From contig NC_043014.1 in NCBI RefSeq assembly GCF_006345805.1, positions 24,986,001 through 25,050,000 on the forward strand: 64,000 nt of DNA, given 5' to 3'. The DNA comes from Octopus sinensis. Lineage: Eukaryota. The position numbers and the translations under genes are program-made. Shown one piece after another: positions 51,166 through 63,059 of the stretch (position 1 is its first letter; each line of letters begins with the position of its first letter). Under the pieces are notes generated by a model, which did no database searches, was not told the DNA's origin, and was given only the letters and a program-made list of their open reading frames with translations.

Positions 51166-51206
51166 GTAATGTGATATATAGTTTCACTTTTAATAATTTC
51201 ACTATA

Positions 51207-51265
<59 letters not shown>

Positions 51266-51444
51266 GTATATATGTATATATATATATGTATGTATGTGTA
51301 TATATGTATATATATATATGTATGTATGTGTATATATGTATATATATATTTATATATATATATATATATATATGTGTATATATGTATATATATATTTATA
51401 TATATATATATATATATGTATGTATATATGTATATATATATATT

Positions 51445-51783
51445 TGAAAGAAAGTTTGAAAATGCAATTTTAAAAAATGTTTATTCACTTGACCGGTTTC
51501 ACTTTTTTAGAAAAAGATTGTCAAAAGTAACATGTAAAAGCTTTGTTGTGTTAGGTACTGGTTGTCACAAAATATTACAATACATATATACATTCTTTGA
51601 TAATATTTTTAACATGTTCTTATTATTATCAAAGAATGTATATATGTATTGTAATATTTTGTGACAACCAGTACCTAACACAACAAAGCTTTTACATGTT
51701 ACTTTTGACAATCTTTTTCTAAAAAAGTGAAACTGGTCAAGTGAATAAACATCTTTAAAATTGCATTTTCAAACCTTCTATCA
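51445..51783. repeat. Fold-back element with ~160-bp arms and an 18-nt loop
   Basis: 51445-51605 is inverted at 51624-51783 with few mismatches. Confidence 0.93.
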
Positions 51784-51840
51784 TATATAACTCCACTCAT
51801 GTGGTACCTTACAACTTCACTTTGTTATATATATATATAC

Positions 51841-52246
51841 TCTCTCTTTACTCTCTTTTACTTGTTTCAGTCATTTGACTGCGGCCATGCTGGAGCACCG
51901 CCTTTAGTCGAGCAACTCGACCCCGGGACTTATTCTTTTTGTAAGCCCAGTACTTATTCTATCGATCTCTTTTTGCCGAACCGCTAAGTGACGGGGACAT
52001 AAACACACCAGCATCGGTTGTCAAGCAATGCTAGGGAGACAAACACAGACACACAAACACACACACATACATATATATATATATACGACAGGCTTCTTTC
52101 AGTTTCCGTCTACCAAATTCACTCACAAGGCATTGGTCGGCCCGGGGCTATAGCAGAAGACACTTGCCCAAGATGCCACGCAGTGGGACTGAACCCGGAA
52201 CCATGTGGTTTGTTAGCAAGCTACTTACCACACAGCCACTCCTGCG

Positions 52247-52248
<2 letters not shown>
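51841..52248 (-). mobile_element. Full-length tRNA-derived SINE; partial copies at 9576, 27255, 33240 and 56190
   Basis: Head TGGCTGTGTGGTAAG...GGTTCCGGGTTCAGTCC, internal microsatellite, 3' tail GCTCCAGCATGGCCGCAGTCAAATGACTGAAACA. Confidence 0.85.
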
Positions 52249-52281
<33 letters not shown>

Positions 52282-52976
52282 GTATGTATGTATTGCCTAA
52301 TGCAAGCCTGGAGCAATCTCTTAGACTATTTCAGTATTACATGTCAAAAGGAAACAATAACATTTTTTTTGTAATGTGATATAATATTTTCACTTTTGTA
52401 TTGTTTCACTTTTAATCTATACATATAAATTTGACATGGGTGATTCTTTCTTGTCTTGGGATTCACAATCAAACAGCTGGTTGGAATTGCACGAAAAATT
52501 ACACAGATGTGTAGAATGATCTGGTGGTGATGCTGGGCTTTGTATTCTATTCATGGTTACCAAGATAATCTACTGTAATAATACTCTTGTATCTATGAAT
52601 AAGGAAGGAAGGGGTGAGCATTTCAACTCTGTGTGAATATATGTGTGTGTATGTAAAAGGGGGGTATGTGAATGTGTGTGTGCATGTGCAATGGAAATAG
52701 GATGGTTCATCTTTGTTCACTTAGTATTTGGGTTTATTTTTTGATTTGGTTGAATCTTGGTTTTTTTTTTATGTTGGTCAGTTATCTTTAGCATTTTGAC
52801 AGGAAAAAGTCATTCTAAAATTGTTTTTTAATGTAAGCATGCCCAAACAAGTCAAATGCTTACACAGCAGGTTTTACATCCTCCAGAGCCACATCATCCA
52901 AACCAACCAGGTTTAGCTGCTAGTAGTATATATATATATATATATATAAATATACGTGTATATGTATATATATGTC

Positions 52977-53142
<166 letters not shown>

Positions 53143-53145
53143 TAT

Positions 53146-53700
53146 ATGCAGAGCCGGGCATAAGTTCGTTCATGTAAATGAACAAAGTTAACATTTTTGT
53201 TAACAATTCAACTTTGAAGTTAACTTTGAAAATCATTATCGGACTAATTAACTTCAGTTACATTTAGCTTCTTTTAATTCAAGTCTTGTTAACCCAGAAT
53301 TTCATAAAAATCAGTAAACGTTTAAAAGTTTCTATTGTTTTCAAATTGTCTCAGCATATTTAATATTGTATTGGTCATTCTTTCAACCCCAATATAATGC
53401 CACTTATTATTATAAATAACTTGTAGGACCTTGTTTGGCCCTGCCTTCATTTGAAACCAAATGCACCCGCTTGTTGCTTGTAAAGACAGCAGGAAATTTC
53501 TTAGTCCTGTCAAATGATGTGTTTCCAGTTGACCTGTGACCTCACTGAAGTGGATGTCAACAGAGAAAATATTGACTTCCATAAAGTGGAAAAAAGTTGG
53601 TAAATATTTCGGTGTGACTGCAAATATTTCATTGTAAACACAAATACCTGTTATGTGGTAGAAGAGCATGCTAGGAATAGCAGTCAAATCTTTCCTTTTC
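53146..53700 (-). mobile_element. Possible hAT-like relic
   Basis: LLSLQATSG...KAG weakly resembles the hAT dimerisation motif; CAGAGCCGGGCA end. Confidence 0.25.
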
Positions 53701-55396
53701 TATAAAAAGGAGCCATTTACATGTAATTTCAGTGTCACATTTGTTGAAAGCATGCAAAATACCTGGAAAAGAAAAAACAACCTGCAAAACAAAACTCCCT
53801 TGGTGGGAAACTTCAAGATTCCCACCACCCCTCTCACCTTTCTTTTCTGGAAAAAAGTGGCTTGCATTGGGTTTGGAGGTCAGATACGTTGAATGCACCT
53901 GAGAAAAACTGAGGTACAAAATATTTACTGAAAGAATACAGCCTTGTTCCGATTATACCTGTATTTTCATTAATTCAAATTAATGTATCTCATCCTGAGA
54001 AGTGGCAAAATTTTTGTTGGTTGCCATCTGGGATAATTTTAAGAGCAAATTAAACAGGTAAGATGCATTTAGAATTTCAGTTTTAGTGTTTATCCATAAT
54101 GTTATTGTTTTTACACCTGTCAATTAAATTTACCTGCCACAGAAGTCAAATATACTCAGCAAGATCAGCTAAAATTACATAACTATAAACCAGTGGTATA
54201 TAAAGCACCCACTAACAAAATTTCAAATCTGTACGTAAAAAATTTACAAAGTTATAAGCAAAAATTGTGGACACCATTCTTGAACCTGAATAATTCAAAA
54301 TAACATGAACAAATAAGCATTATATTTGACAGATTGATATGAACACTAAAGATGTTTTTTTAGGTGTTTTTTCTCTTTCACACATACATAACACAGCCTC
54401 GCTCGGTTGAGACTACATGTGTGTTACTTTGACATCCTCATTCCATAAAATTTGTTTATGTGGAGAAAAATATTGAAAAATATCAATAGATGTGTGAGTG
54501 AGAAAGAAATGAGGAGGGAAGTTTTGGGATGTGTTAGAAACAACAGCTAGATCCCCCTTAAACCACATATTATCTTCTGAAATTATGAACTTTTTTTTTA
54601 AAACCAAAAATGTTTCTCACATGCATCTTAAATGAATAGTGAAAAAGAAATGGCCAAAATCATTTTGGACTGGGATGGTGAAGAGGTGGCAGAGGTGAAA
54701 AAAATTTCAAAATTTTTCAAAACATTTTTTTTTTTTGGTGAAAAGATGCCTCATATCATTCTGAAGACTTTGGTGTAAAACATTGAAAAAAGTCCCTCTC
54801 AAAATGGAAAATTCCAACTTATGTGGGCCGTCTGATCCGAAATTTCCAGATGCTCCCCGCCCCCATGCCCTCTTCCAAAAATTTTGCCTACAAATTTCTT
54901 TGTAAGCATAATCAACACTGAAAGGTATTTGTATAAAATTTCATTAATAAATACCCATTTTCCAGAAAGTTATGAGGGGGAACATGTTGGGTCTTGTGAA
55001 TTTTCCAAAACTCCTCTCTGCAAAACATGCGGAAAACTTTTTCTGAACAAATCTTTACATACACTCAATCTACAGGATATAAGCAATTATTTGATGAAAG
55101 TTTTGTCAAAAGTATCCAAACAAAACAAGAAAAAAAACAACGCAAGAACATGGTACATACAAAATTGTAGCAGACGCTCAGGGATGGAAAGAAAGGTAGT
55201 TTTATGTTTTGAACAAAGCACTTCATCAGAAACAGGAGATGGAGGAAAGTGCAAGAGAAAAGAAAGACAGAGAAAAAAAATTACCAACGGTCCACATGTG
55301 GTTACATTTTGGTATACATATATATATACCGGAGTAAACACATAAATGTGAAACAAGGTGGAAAAAAGAGTACTCAAATACCAGTGGTAGAGTAAT

Positions 55397-55491
55397 ATGC
55401 TTTATTTAAAAACAGCAGAAAATTCAACAAAACCTGTTACTGAAACTCAGAGTAACAGGTTTTGTTGAATTTTCTGCTGCTTTTAAATAAA

Positions 55492-55495
<4 letters not shown>
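55397..55495. repeat. Hairpin with 40+ bp arms and an 11-nt loop, between PLE-type terminal repeat pieces
   Basis: 55401-55440 is inverted at 55452-55491 with one mismatch. Confidence 0.93.
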
Positions 55496-55528
<33 letters not shown>

Positions 55529-55741
55529 TATCTATGTATGTATATATTTATATATGTGTATGTGACCGTGAGTGTATCATTGATGATTTTCTTTGAACTT
55601 TTTCTTTATTTCTGATGAAGAGCTCCGCTCAAAACGTGAAATCCTCTTTCTTTTCTTTCCTTTCCTGAGCGTCCAATAACACTGTACTTATTCCACATTC
55701 TCGCGTTGTTTTTTTTCGTCCTTGTTCATGTTTAGATTGAC

Positions 55742-55773
<32 letters not shown>

Positions 55774-56123
55774 CATAGATATATATATATGTGTGTATAT
55801 GTATATATGTGTGTGTGTATATATATATATATATACATGTGTATGTGTGTATATTTATATATGTGTATATGTAGATATGTGTGTATATATTTACATGTGT
55901 ATATATATATATATTATATATATATATATACATATATATATGTATACATAGATATATATATATGTGTGTATATGTATATGTGTGTATATATATATGTGTG
56001 TGTATACATATGTAGATGTGTGTGTGTGTATATGTATATATATACATATAATTATATACATCTATATATACATGTATATATCTATACATGTACATATATT
56101 GTATCTATCTATATATGTATATA

Positions 56124-56174
<51 letters not shown>

Positions 56175-56531
56175 GTATATATCCATCTATCTATACCCTC
56201 AAGCCACCCAAAATCCTGTGAGTGGATTCTATACCCGGAAACTGAAAGAAGACTGTTGTATATACATGTGTATATTTATGTGTGTGTATGTCTCTCTGTT
56301 TGTATCCCACCCATCAGTTGACAGCCGGTGTTGCTGTATTATTTATGTCCCCATAACTTACTGGTTTGGCAAAAGACACTTATAGAGTAACTACTAGGCT
56401 GAGAAAAAATAAATCCTGGGTTTGATTTGTTCGACTAAAGGCAGTGCTCCAGCATGGTCGCAATCACATGACTAAAACGAAACAAAGATCTATGCCATTT
56501 TAATCCCAAGCAATGCCAGGTATCTTTGCTA

Positions 56532-56572
<41 letters not shown>

Positions 56573-56593
56573 CATACATATCTATATAACTAT

Positions 56594-57086
56594 GGAGGCG
56601 CAATGGCCCAGTGGTTAGGGCAGCGGACCCACAGTTGTAGGATCACGGTTTTGATTCCCAGACCGGGCATTGTGAGTGTTCATTGAGCAAAAACACTTAA
56701 AGCTCCACGAGGCTCCAGCAGGAGGTGGTGGTGAACCCTACTGTACTCTTTCACCACAACTTTCTCTCACTCTTTCTTCCTGTTTCTGTTGTATCTGTAT
56801 TTCAAAGGGCCAGCCGTGTCATGCTGAATCTCCCCAAGAACTACGTTAAGGGTACATGTGTCTGTGGAGTGCTCTGCCATTTGCATGTTAATAAATGAGC
56901 TGCGATGTCACTGGTGCCAAGTTGTATTGGCCTTTGCCTTTCCCTTGGATAACATCGGTGGTGTGGAGAGGGGAGGCTGGTATGCGTGGGCAACTGCTGG
57001 TCTTCCATAAACAACCTTGTCCAGACTTGTACCTCGGAGGGTAAGTTTCTAGGTGCAATCCCATGGTCATTCATGACCGAAGGAGG
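56594..57086 (+). mobile_element. tRNA-derived SINE, long form
   Basis: TGGCCCAGTGG A box; head shared with 9269-9515; ~200-nt tail shared with 5902-6110 and 21597-21745. Confidence 0.82.
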
Positions 57087-57249
57087 TCACAATGTATATA
57101 ACTATGTATATAATATGTTGTGTGTATATATAGAGGTATGTATATGTATATATATGTGTGTATGTATATATATATGTGTGTGTGAACATATATATATATA
57201 TAATGTAATAAAAAACACTCTTGTATTCTACCAGCAGTATATTGGATAG

Positions 57250-57299
57250 ATATTATCCCTCAGTGGGTTGGATTCACAACCCCTTTCTTGGAGTTATAG

Positions 57300-57351
<52 letters not shown>

Positions 57352-57401
57352 CTATAACTCCAAGAAAGGGGTTGTGAATCCAACCCACTGAGGGATAATA
57401 T
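57250..57401. repeat. Perfect 152-bp palindrome centred on (TA)25
   Basis: 57250-57300 is the exact reverse complement of 57351-57401. Confidence 0.97.
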
Positions 57402-58161
57402 ATATATATATATATATATATACATACACATACATACATAAGATGCAATGGGTAAATTGTCACCATATTATGCATGTGCATTGTTTGTATTTGAGTTTGT
57501 CTACTATGCAACATAGTGAGAAAAACAGCACCATGACACAATTCATTCTCTCAGGAATTTGAAAATAACATGCTGTGCTGCTTGGCATTCATACCAGAAG
57601 CTCCAATATGAACAGATGGTGAGCACACAAGAACCATTGGCTTGCCATTTCTCCAAAACATGCCCTGAGAGTGATAAAAATCAAACACCCAGTCAACATT
57701 ATAGTGTTTGAAGTGATCACTAGTGATGTTATGCATCCTTTCATCTTCCCACATGGCCACAGACTCAACATGGAGGCCTACATCAAGTTCCTAGAGGAGG
57801 TAGTGCTGCCCTGTGTCAAGAGGGTGGCTGCTAGAAGACCTTATGTCTTGCACCATGCCATACAGGCAGGAGAACCCAGTCATGGCTGTCAGACAATTTC
57901 TGTAACCACATAACCCCTAACATCCAGCCACCTAACTCTCCAGACTGTAGCCCCCTACATTATTGTGTGTGGGGCACATTTGAGTGAGAGACCAACAAAA
58001 CTCCTTGTAACATCAAAGATGAAGTGAAGGCAAGGATTACGGCAGCATTCACCAGCTTAAACAAGGAGACCATCCAGAAGAGTTGCAGGAGATTCCTAAG
58101 TTGTCTGGATGCCATGGTTGAAACCAATGGTGATTTTATTGAATAAATTTACTCTTTAGTA

Positions 58162-61100
58162 CAATGGTTCTCAACCTTTTTTTGCCAATGGCACATCTTG
58201 GAACACATGAAAAAATAGCGGCACACTTGGCTAAATATATATGAAAAATCTTTGAATTTTACAAAATAAAAACATGGCAAGTCATAGATGGCATACAACC
58301 GTAGACACAGACTAGTCATAGACACATAGAATGACTCAAACTAAAGAAAGAAAAATACAGCTATGAACTTACTTTATTGCAGTGTTTCAAATTTCATCCG
58401 GCTTCTTTAGTGAGAAATTAGTGCCTGGCTTTTATTCATAATTTTCTCAATGTTTGGTCGAATATGAAACAGACATACCCTCATTTCTTCTTCCATTGTA
58501 TGTAATCTCTCACACTTCTTGTTTTTCATGTGGTTTAATAGTGAGAAGCCTAATTCACATATATAAGAAGTTGAAAATTGTAATAAAATTGCTAAAGCTC
58601 TATTACATAATATAAGATACTCCTCTTGAATTGAAATCCAAAATGAATCAATGGGCAGTGTTGAATATTTTAATTTTAACCCTCGGTCACTAGAAAGGGT
58701 GGCCAATTCTTCCTCCTGTAAGTGTTGGAAGAATGATTTGTGAAAAGATCTCTAATCCAATCATACTTTTCTGTCTTTAATGACGCAAAGTAATTGTTGA
58801 TGCTTTCGTCCAGGGCTGTCAGATGAGTAACCACAGTGGGAATCACTTCTCTAATGCAGGTAGAACGCAATAAAGGGAACATATCAAGATTGCCAGTGAT
58901 TGCTCTTTTTTACCAAATGACAATTTTCTTTTTGAGGGCAAGTAACTTGTCTGTTGAAGTGAGAATATTTTCGTTTTTACCTTGCATATTACTGTTTGTT
59001 ATATTTAGTTCACTAAATATTTCTACTCGGTATTCCATTTTAGACATCCAAAATTCACAACTAAGGTTTTCACAGAATTTCTCCTTTTTCTGGAGAAAAA
59101 AATGATAGTAATTCCTTGTGCACTTCGTGAACACGATTTAGTACTTTGCTGTTCGACAGCCAGTGAACCTCTGTGTACATTAATAACTTAACATGCTGCG
59201 AGTCCATCTCTTTGCACAGTTGTTCAAATAATCGTGACTTTAATGGCCTACTTTTTATATAATTGACCATTCCAACAACTTGATGTAACACAACCTTTAA
59301 ATCTTCCATCAATATTTTTGAAACAAGAACTTCTCTATGTAGAAAGCAATGAGATCTGGATTTTCTTTTTCTATGAAGGATACAAATCCTTTAATACAGC
59401 CTGTCATGCATGGGTCTCCATCGGTGCAAATGCCAACACAGGACCTCCAAGACATTTATTTCTTTGAGGTAGCCTGTTACCTCAAAAATATCTTGACCTC
59501 TTGTAGTTGTGGACATTTCTTTACAGCACAAAAATTGATTGATTATTTCATTCTCATCAATAAAACGTACAAATGCAAGCAATTGACTTTTATTACTGAT
59601 GTCAGTTGATTCATCCATGGTTAAAGCAAAATTAGAATTCTTAAGCTTTTTCTGAACATTGTCTTCAACATTTTCTGACATTTCTAGGATTCTTCTACTT
59701 ATTGTATCATTTGAAAGTAGGATACTGTTCAATTTCTTCTCAACCTTTTCACCAAACATGGATTTTACCATCTTTTTGCAAGCTGGGAGGATGACTGACT
59801 CAGCAAGCGTGAGGGATTTAGATGCTAATGCTATTATTTCAGCCATCTGAATTGACACTAGTTGGGCCTGTACAGACACGGTCGTTATTTTCTCAAAATA
59901 TCTTTGCTGTTTTGAGTTCTGCTCTAACAGTCATTGAAAGTAATCAAGCTTTTTATCTTTCAGAGATGAATGTTTTGAATTAAAATGTCTTTCTAACTTA
60001 CTTGGTACCATGGATTCATTTGACATCATTTCACTACACACTATGCATGATGGACTTGGTTTGTCAATGTCACCAGACCAATGATATCCAAATTTCAAAT
60101 AATTTTCACAATATTGTCAATTAATATTTTTCTTTTTGATAATAGAGGTTGATGGTTGTTCACCTCTGAACTTAGACTCATCACTAATATCTTTCCTTTT
60201 CAAATATTTGTCCATTGTGAAGGGTCATGAAATATCAATATGATAGTTTTGGGTAGGAGATAACAGTGTCTTTTGGTCCGACAAAGCCTTCTCTTTCATG
60301 TACAAACACAGCAGAACAATAAAAATATGTCTTCCTACCTAAAATTGATGTCTTATGAGACCATGTCTAGATGGAAATCATCAATTTTCAATGTATTACG
60401 CACAAAAATGGTCAATGTTTGAGCACTGACAACACCAGAAAATTAGGAAATTATGGCATATAGAGTATATGTAAAGGGAAGCTAACATGGACTCATTAAG
60501 TAACATGAACCAGAGAATTCTGAGCTAAATCATCGGAATCATCCATAGATTGTTCCAAAACAAAGGTGGAAGCTGGCATTTGTGTTACTAATCTTTACAG
60601 GCAATTTTCTCAAAATGGGTACTTCTCAGAATTTCAAAGCTCTTTCCCAGAAAATCTATTTGATAGATTTGCTTGAAATTTTGAGGAGGCCTTCCTTATA
60701 ATAGTAGCTTCACCATGACAGAATTTTTAATAAAAATTCTCCCTTGAAAAAATGTTATAGTCATTTATATCCCAAAAAATATGATTTTTTTCAGTTTTTT
60801 TTACTCTCCAGCACACTAATGATAATTTTTTTTCCAAAATATTAAAAAAAAGGTTTTATTACCCTACAATGACTGGTTTTCTGATTCTAAAAATGTAAAA
60901 ATCATCTTCATAGCTCATTTGAATTTTCTCAAAAGAACTCTGAAAATTACTCGCTTTTGGTTTTCATATCTCAGCAAAAATTAGGACTAGATGAAAAAGA
61001 AATATATAATTTGTCTCAGTTTTATAGGTAGATTCTACCACAAAAGTGAAAAAGAGATGCATAATATAATAAATTTTTTTCTTTCAGTTGTGGGGGGTCC

Positions 61101-61371
61101 CACCTTAAAACAAGTATTAACCAATATCCATTCATATGATCAATACTAATGATGAATGAAACAATAAAAGATATAGAATTTTTAGCATTGTGACATTTGG
61201 ATGCATTTCGCTCATCCCTAAATGAACAAAGCTATGTGATGCAATGTGTTACACCACAGACTGTGAATGCTCAATTGGGATCATGTGGTTTTTCCCATTT
61301 TCTTAGTGTGTCATTCAAAATTTCATGGCACACTTAGGAAGGACTCATGACACACTGGTTGAGAATCACTG
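58162..61371 (-). mobile_element. hAT (Charlie/Buster-like) DNA transposon with both ends
   Basis: 15-bp TIRs CAATGGTTCTCAACC / GGTTGAGAATCACTG; 8-bp TSD CTTTAGTA / TTTTAGTA. Confidence 0.92.
58407..60215 (-). pseudogene. Frameshifted hAT transposase
   Basis: MDKYLKRK..., CIVC...RHFNSKH zinc-finger-like motif, LSNDTISRRI, MDESTDISNKSQLLAFVRF, EVHWLS, FSTSYICELGFS. Confidence 0.9.
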
Positions 61372-61485
61372 TTTTAGTATTTCAAAACATTTTTATGTAA
61401 TTTTGGTAAATACATCTGTTAAAATGAGATGTTAGTATTATTTTCATTTTTCCCTAATTTAGACAAATAATATATTCACAGTGCC

Positions 61486-61523
<38 letters not shown>

Positions 61524-61524
<1 letters not shown>

Positions 61525-62577
61525 ATCATCATCATCGTTTAACGTCCGCTTTCCATGCTAGCATGGGTTGGACGGTTCAACTGGGGTCTGGGGAGCCCGA
61601 AGGCTGCACCAGGCCAGTCAGATCTGGCAGTGTTTCTACAGCTGGATGCCCTTCCTAACGCCAACAACTCCGAGAGTGTAGTGGGTGATTTTATGTGCCA
61701 CCGACACAGGTGCCAGACGAGGCTGGCGAACGGCCACGCTCGGATGGTGTTTTTATGTGCCACCGACACAGGTGCCAGACGAGGCTGGCAGACGGCCACG
61801 CTCGGATGGTGTTTTTATGTGCCACCGACACAGGTGCCAGACGAGGCTGGCAGACGGCCACGCTCGGATGGTGTTTTTATGTGCCACCGACACAGGTGCC
61901 AGACGAGGCTGGCAGACGGCCACGCTCGGACGGTGTTTGTTACGTGCCCACAGCACGGAGGCCAGTCGATGCGGTACTGGCTACGGTCCCGTTCGGATGG
62001 TTTTCTAATGTGCCACCGGCACTGGTACCACAAGGATACAAATTCCATTGATGTTCATCTATTTTGATTTGGTTTGACTTGATTCGATTTGACTTTGATT
62101 TGACTTGCCTCAACAGGTCTTCACAAGTGTCACAAGCAGGAAGGTATGCACAGGCGGACTGACTACGTCCCAGGTAGGGGCCACGGGTTATGGCTTCACT
62201 AGTCTTGCCGGGTCTTCTGACGCACAGCATACTTCCATAGGTCTCGGTCTCTGGTCATTTCCATGGTGAGACCTAATGTTCGAAGGTCGTGCTTCACCAC
62301 CTCGTCCCAGGTTTTCCTGGGTCTACCTCTTCCACGGGTTCCCTCAACTGCTAGGGATTGGCACTTTCTCACACACCTATCTTCATCCATTCTCGCCACA
62401 TGACCATACCATCGCAATCGTCTCTCTTGCACGCAACAACTGATGCTTCTTAGGTACAACATTTCTCTTAGGGAACTAACACTCTGTCGAGTAAGTACAC
62501 TGACATTACACATCCATCGGAGCATACTGGCTTCATTCCTCATGAGCTTACGCATGTCCTCAGCAGTCACGGCACAT
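61524..62577 (-). mobile_element. Young RTE 3' fragment (C-terminal ORF, 3' UTR with four 62-bp units)
   Basis: RNEASMLRWMCNV...RGRGRPRKTWDEVVKHDLR...KTRQD; (CAT)n tail next to (TA)n. Confidence 0.93.
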
Positions 62578-63059
62578 ATAACTTTACTTATACATATATA
62601 CAAGTACACACAATCATATAGACACTTACACACACTCACAAATATACGTATAATCTTAAAGTATACACACATGTATGCTTATCCATCTCTACACATATAT
62701 ATATATGACACTATTTTCAAGGACAATGGTTAAAATTCAAATTTGCTTTATTTTATTCTTTTCATTCTTAAAAAAATTTTTTTTTTACACGCATACATAT
62801 ACAATAAATACATATATCTACACATGCTCATATGTGCATACATGTACATACTCATACACTAACATACACAACACATACGCACATGTACACACATACATAC
62901 GTACATATGTATCAAACTATGTACGTTCATACGGTTATATACATTTCAACATGTATGTATGGATTTCCACATGTAAATGAGAGAGAGGGGTGGCTATAGA
63001 AGGTTGTATACACACACATATACATGTATATAGACACACACACATGTGTGTGCATTTGT

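Larger units (their letters stand above)
57441..61488 (+). mobile_element. Tc1/mariner relic split by the hAT insertion
   Basis: PNSPDCSPLHYCVWG (WPPxSPDLNP-like) near 57935-57977; right end CACAGTGCCCTG followed by TA; left TIR degenerate. Confidence 0.7.

Noticed and set aside
54640-55345. 153-aa ORF 54884-55345 and the surrounding repeat-like sequence
   Set aside because: The ORF runs across unrelated repeat pieces (its end is shared with the 11827 ORF through a repeat); no termini or family could be supported.
55688-56385. Long YI/HT/CV-rich ORFs here and at 16.6, 19, 25, 51 and 53 kb
   Set aside because: They are translations of (TA)n, (CA)n and (TG)n microsatellites, not genes.
61693-61940. 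CRISPR-like regular repeats
   Set aside because: Head-to-tail units with no unique spacers, inside a LINE 3' UTR of a eukaryote.
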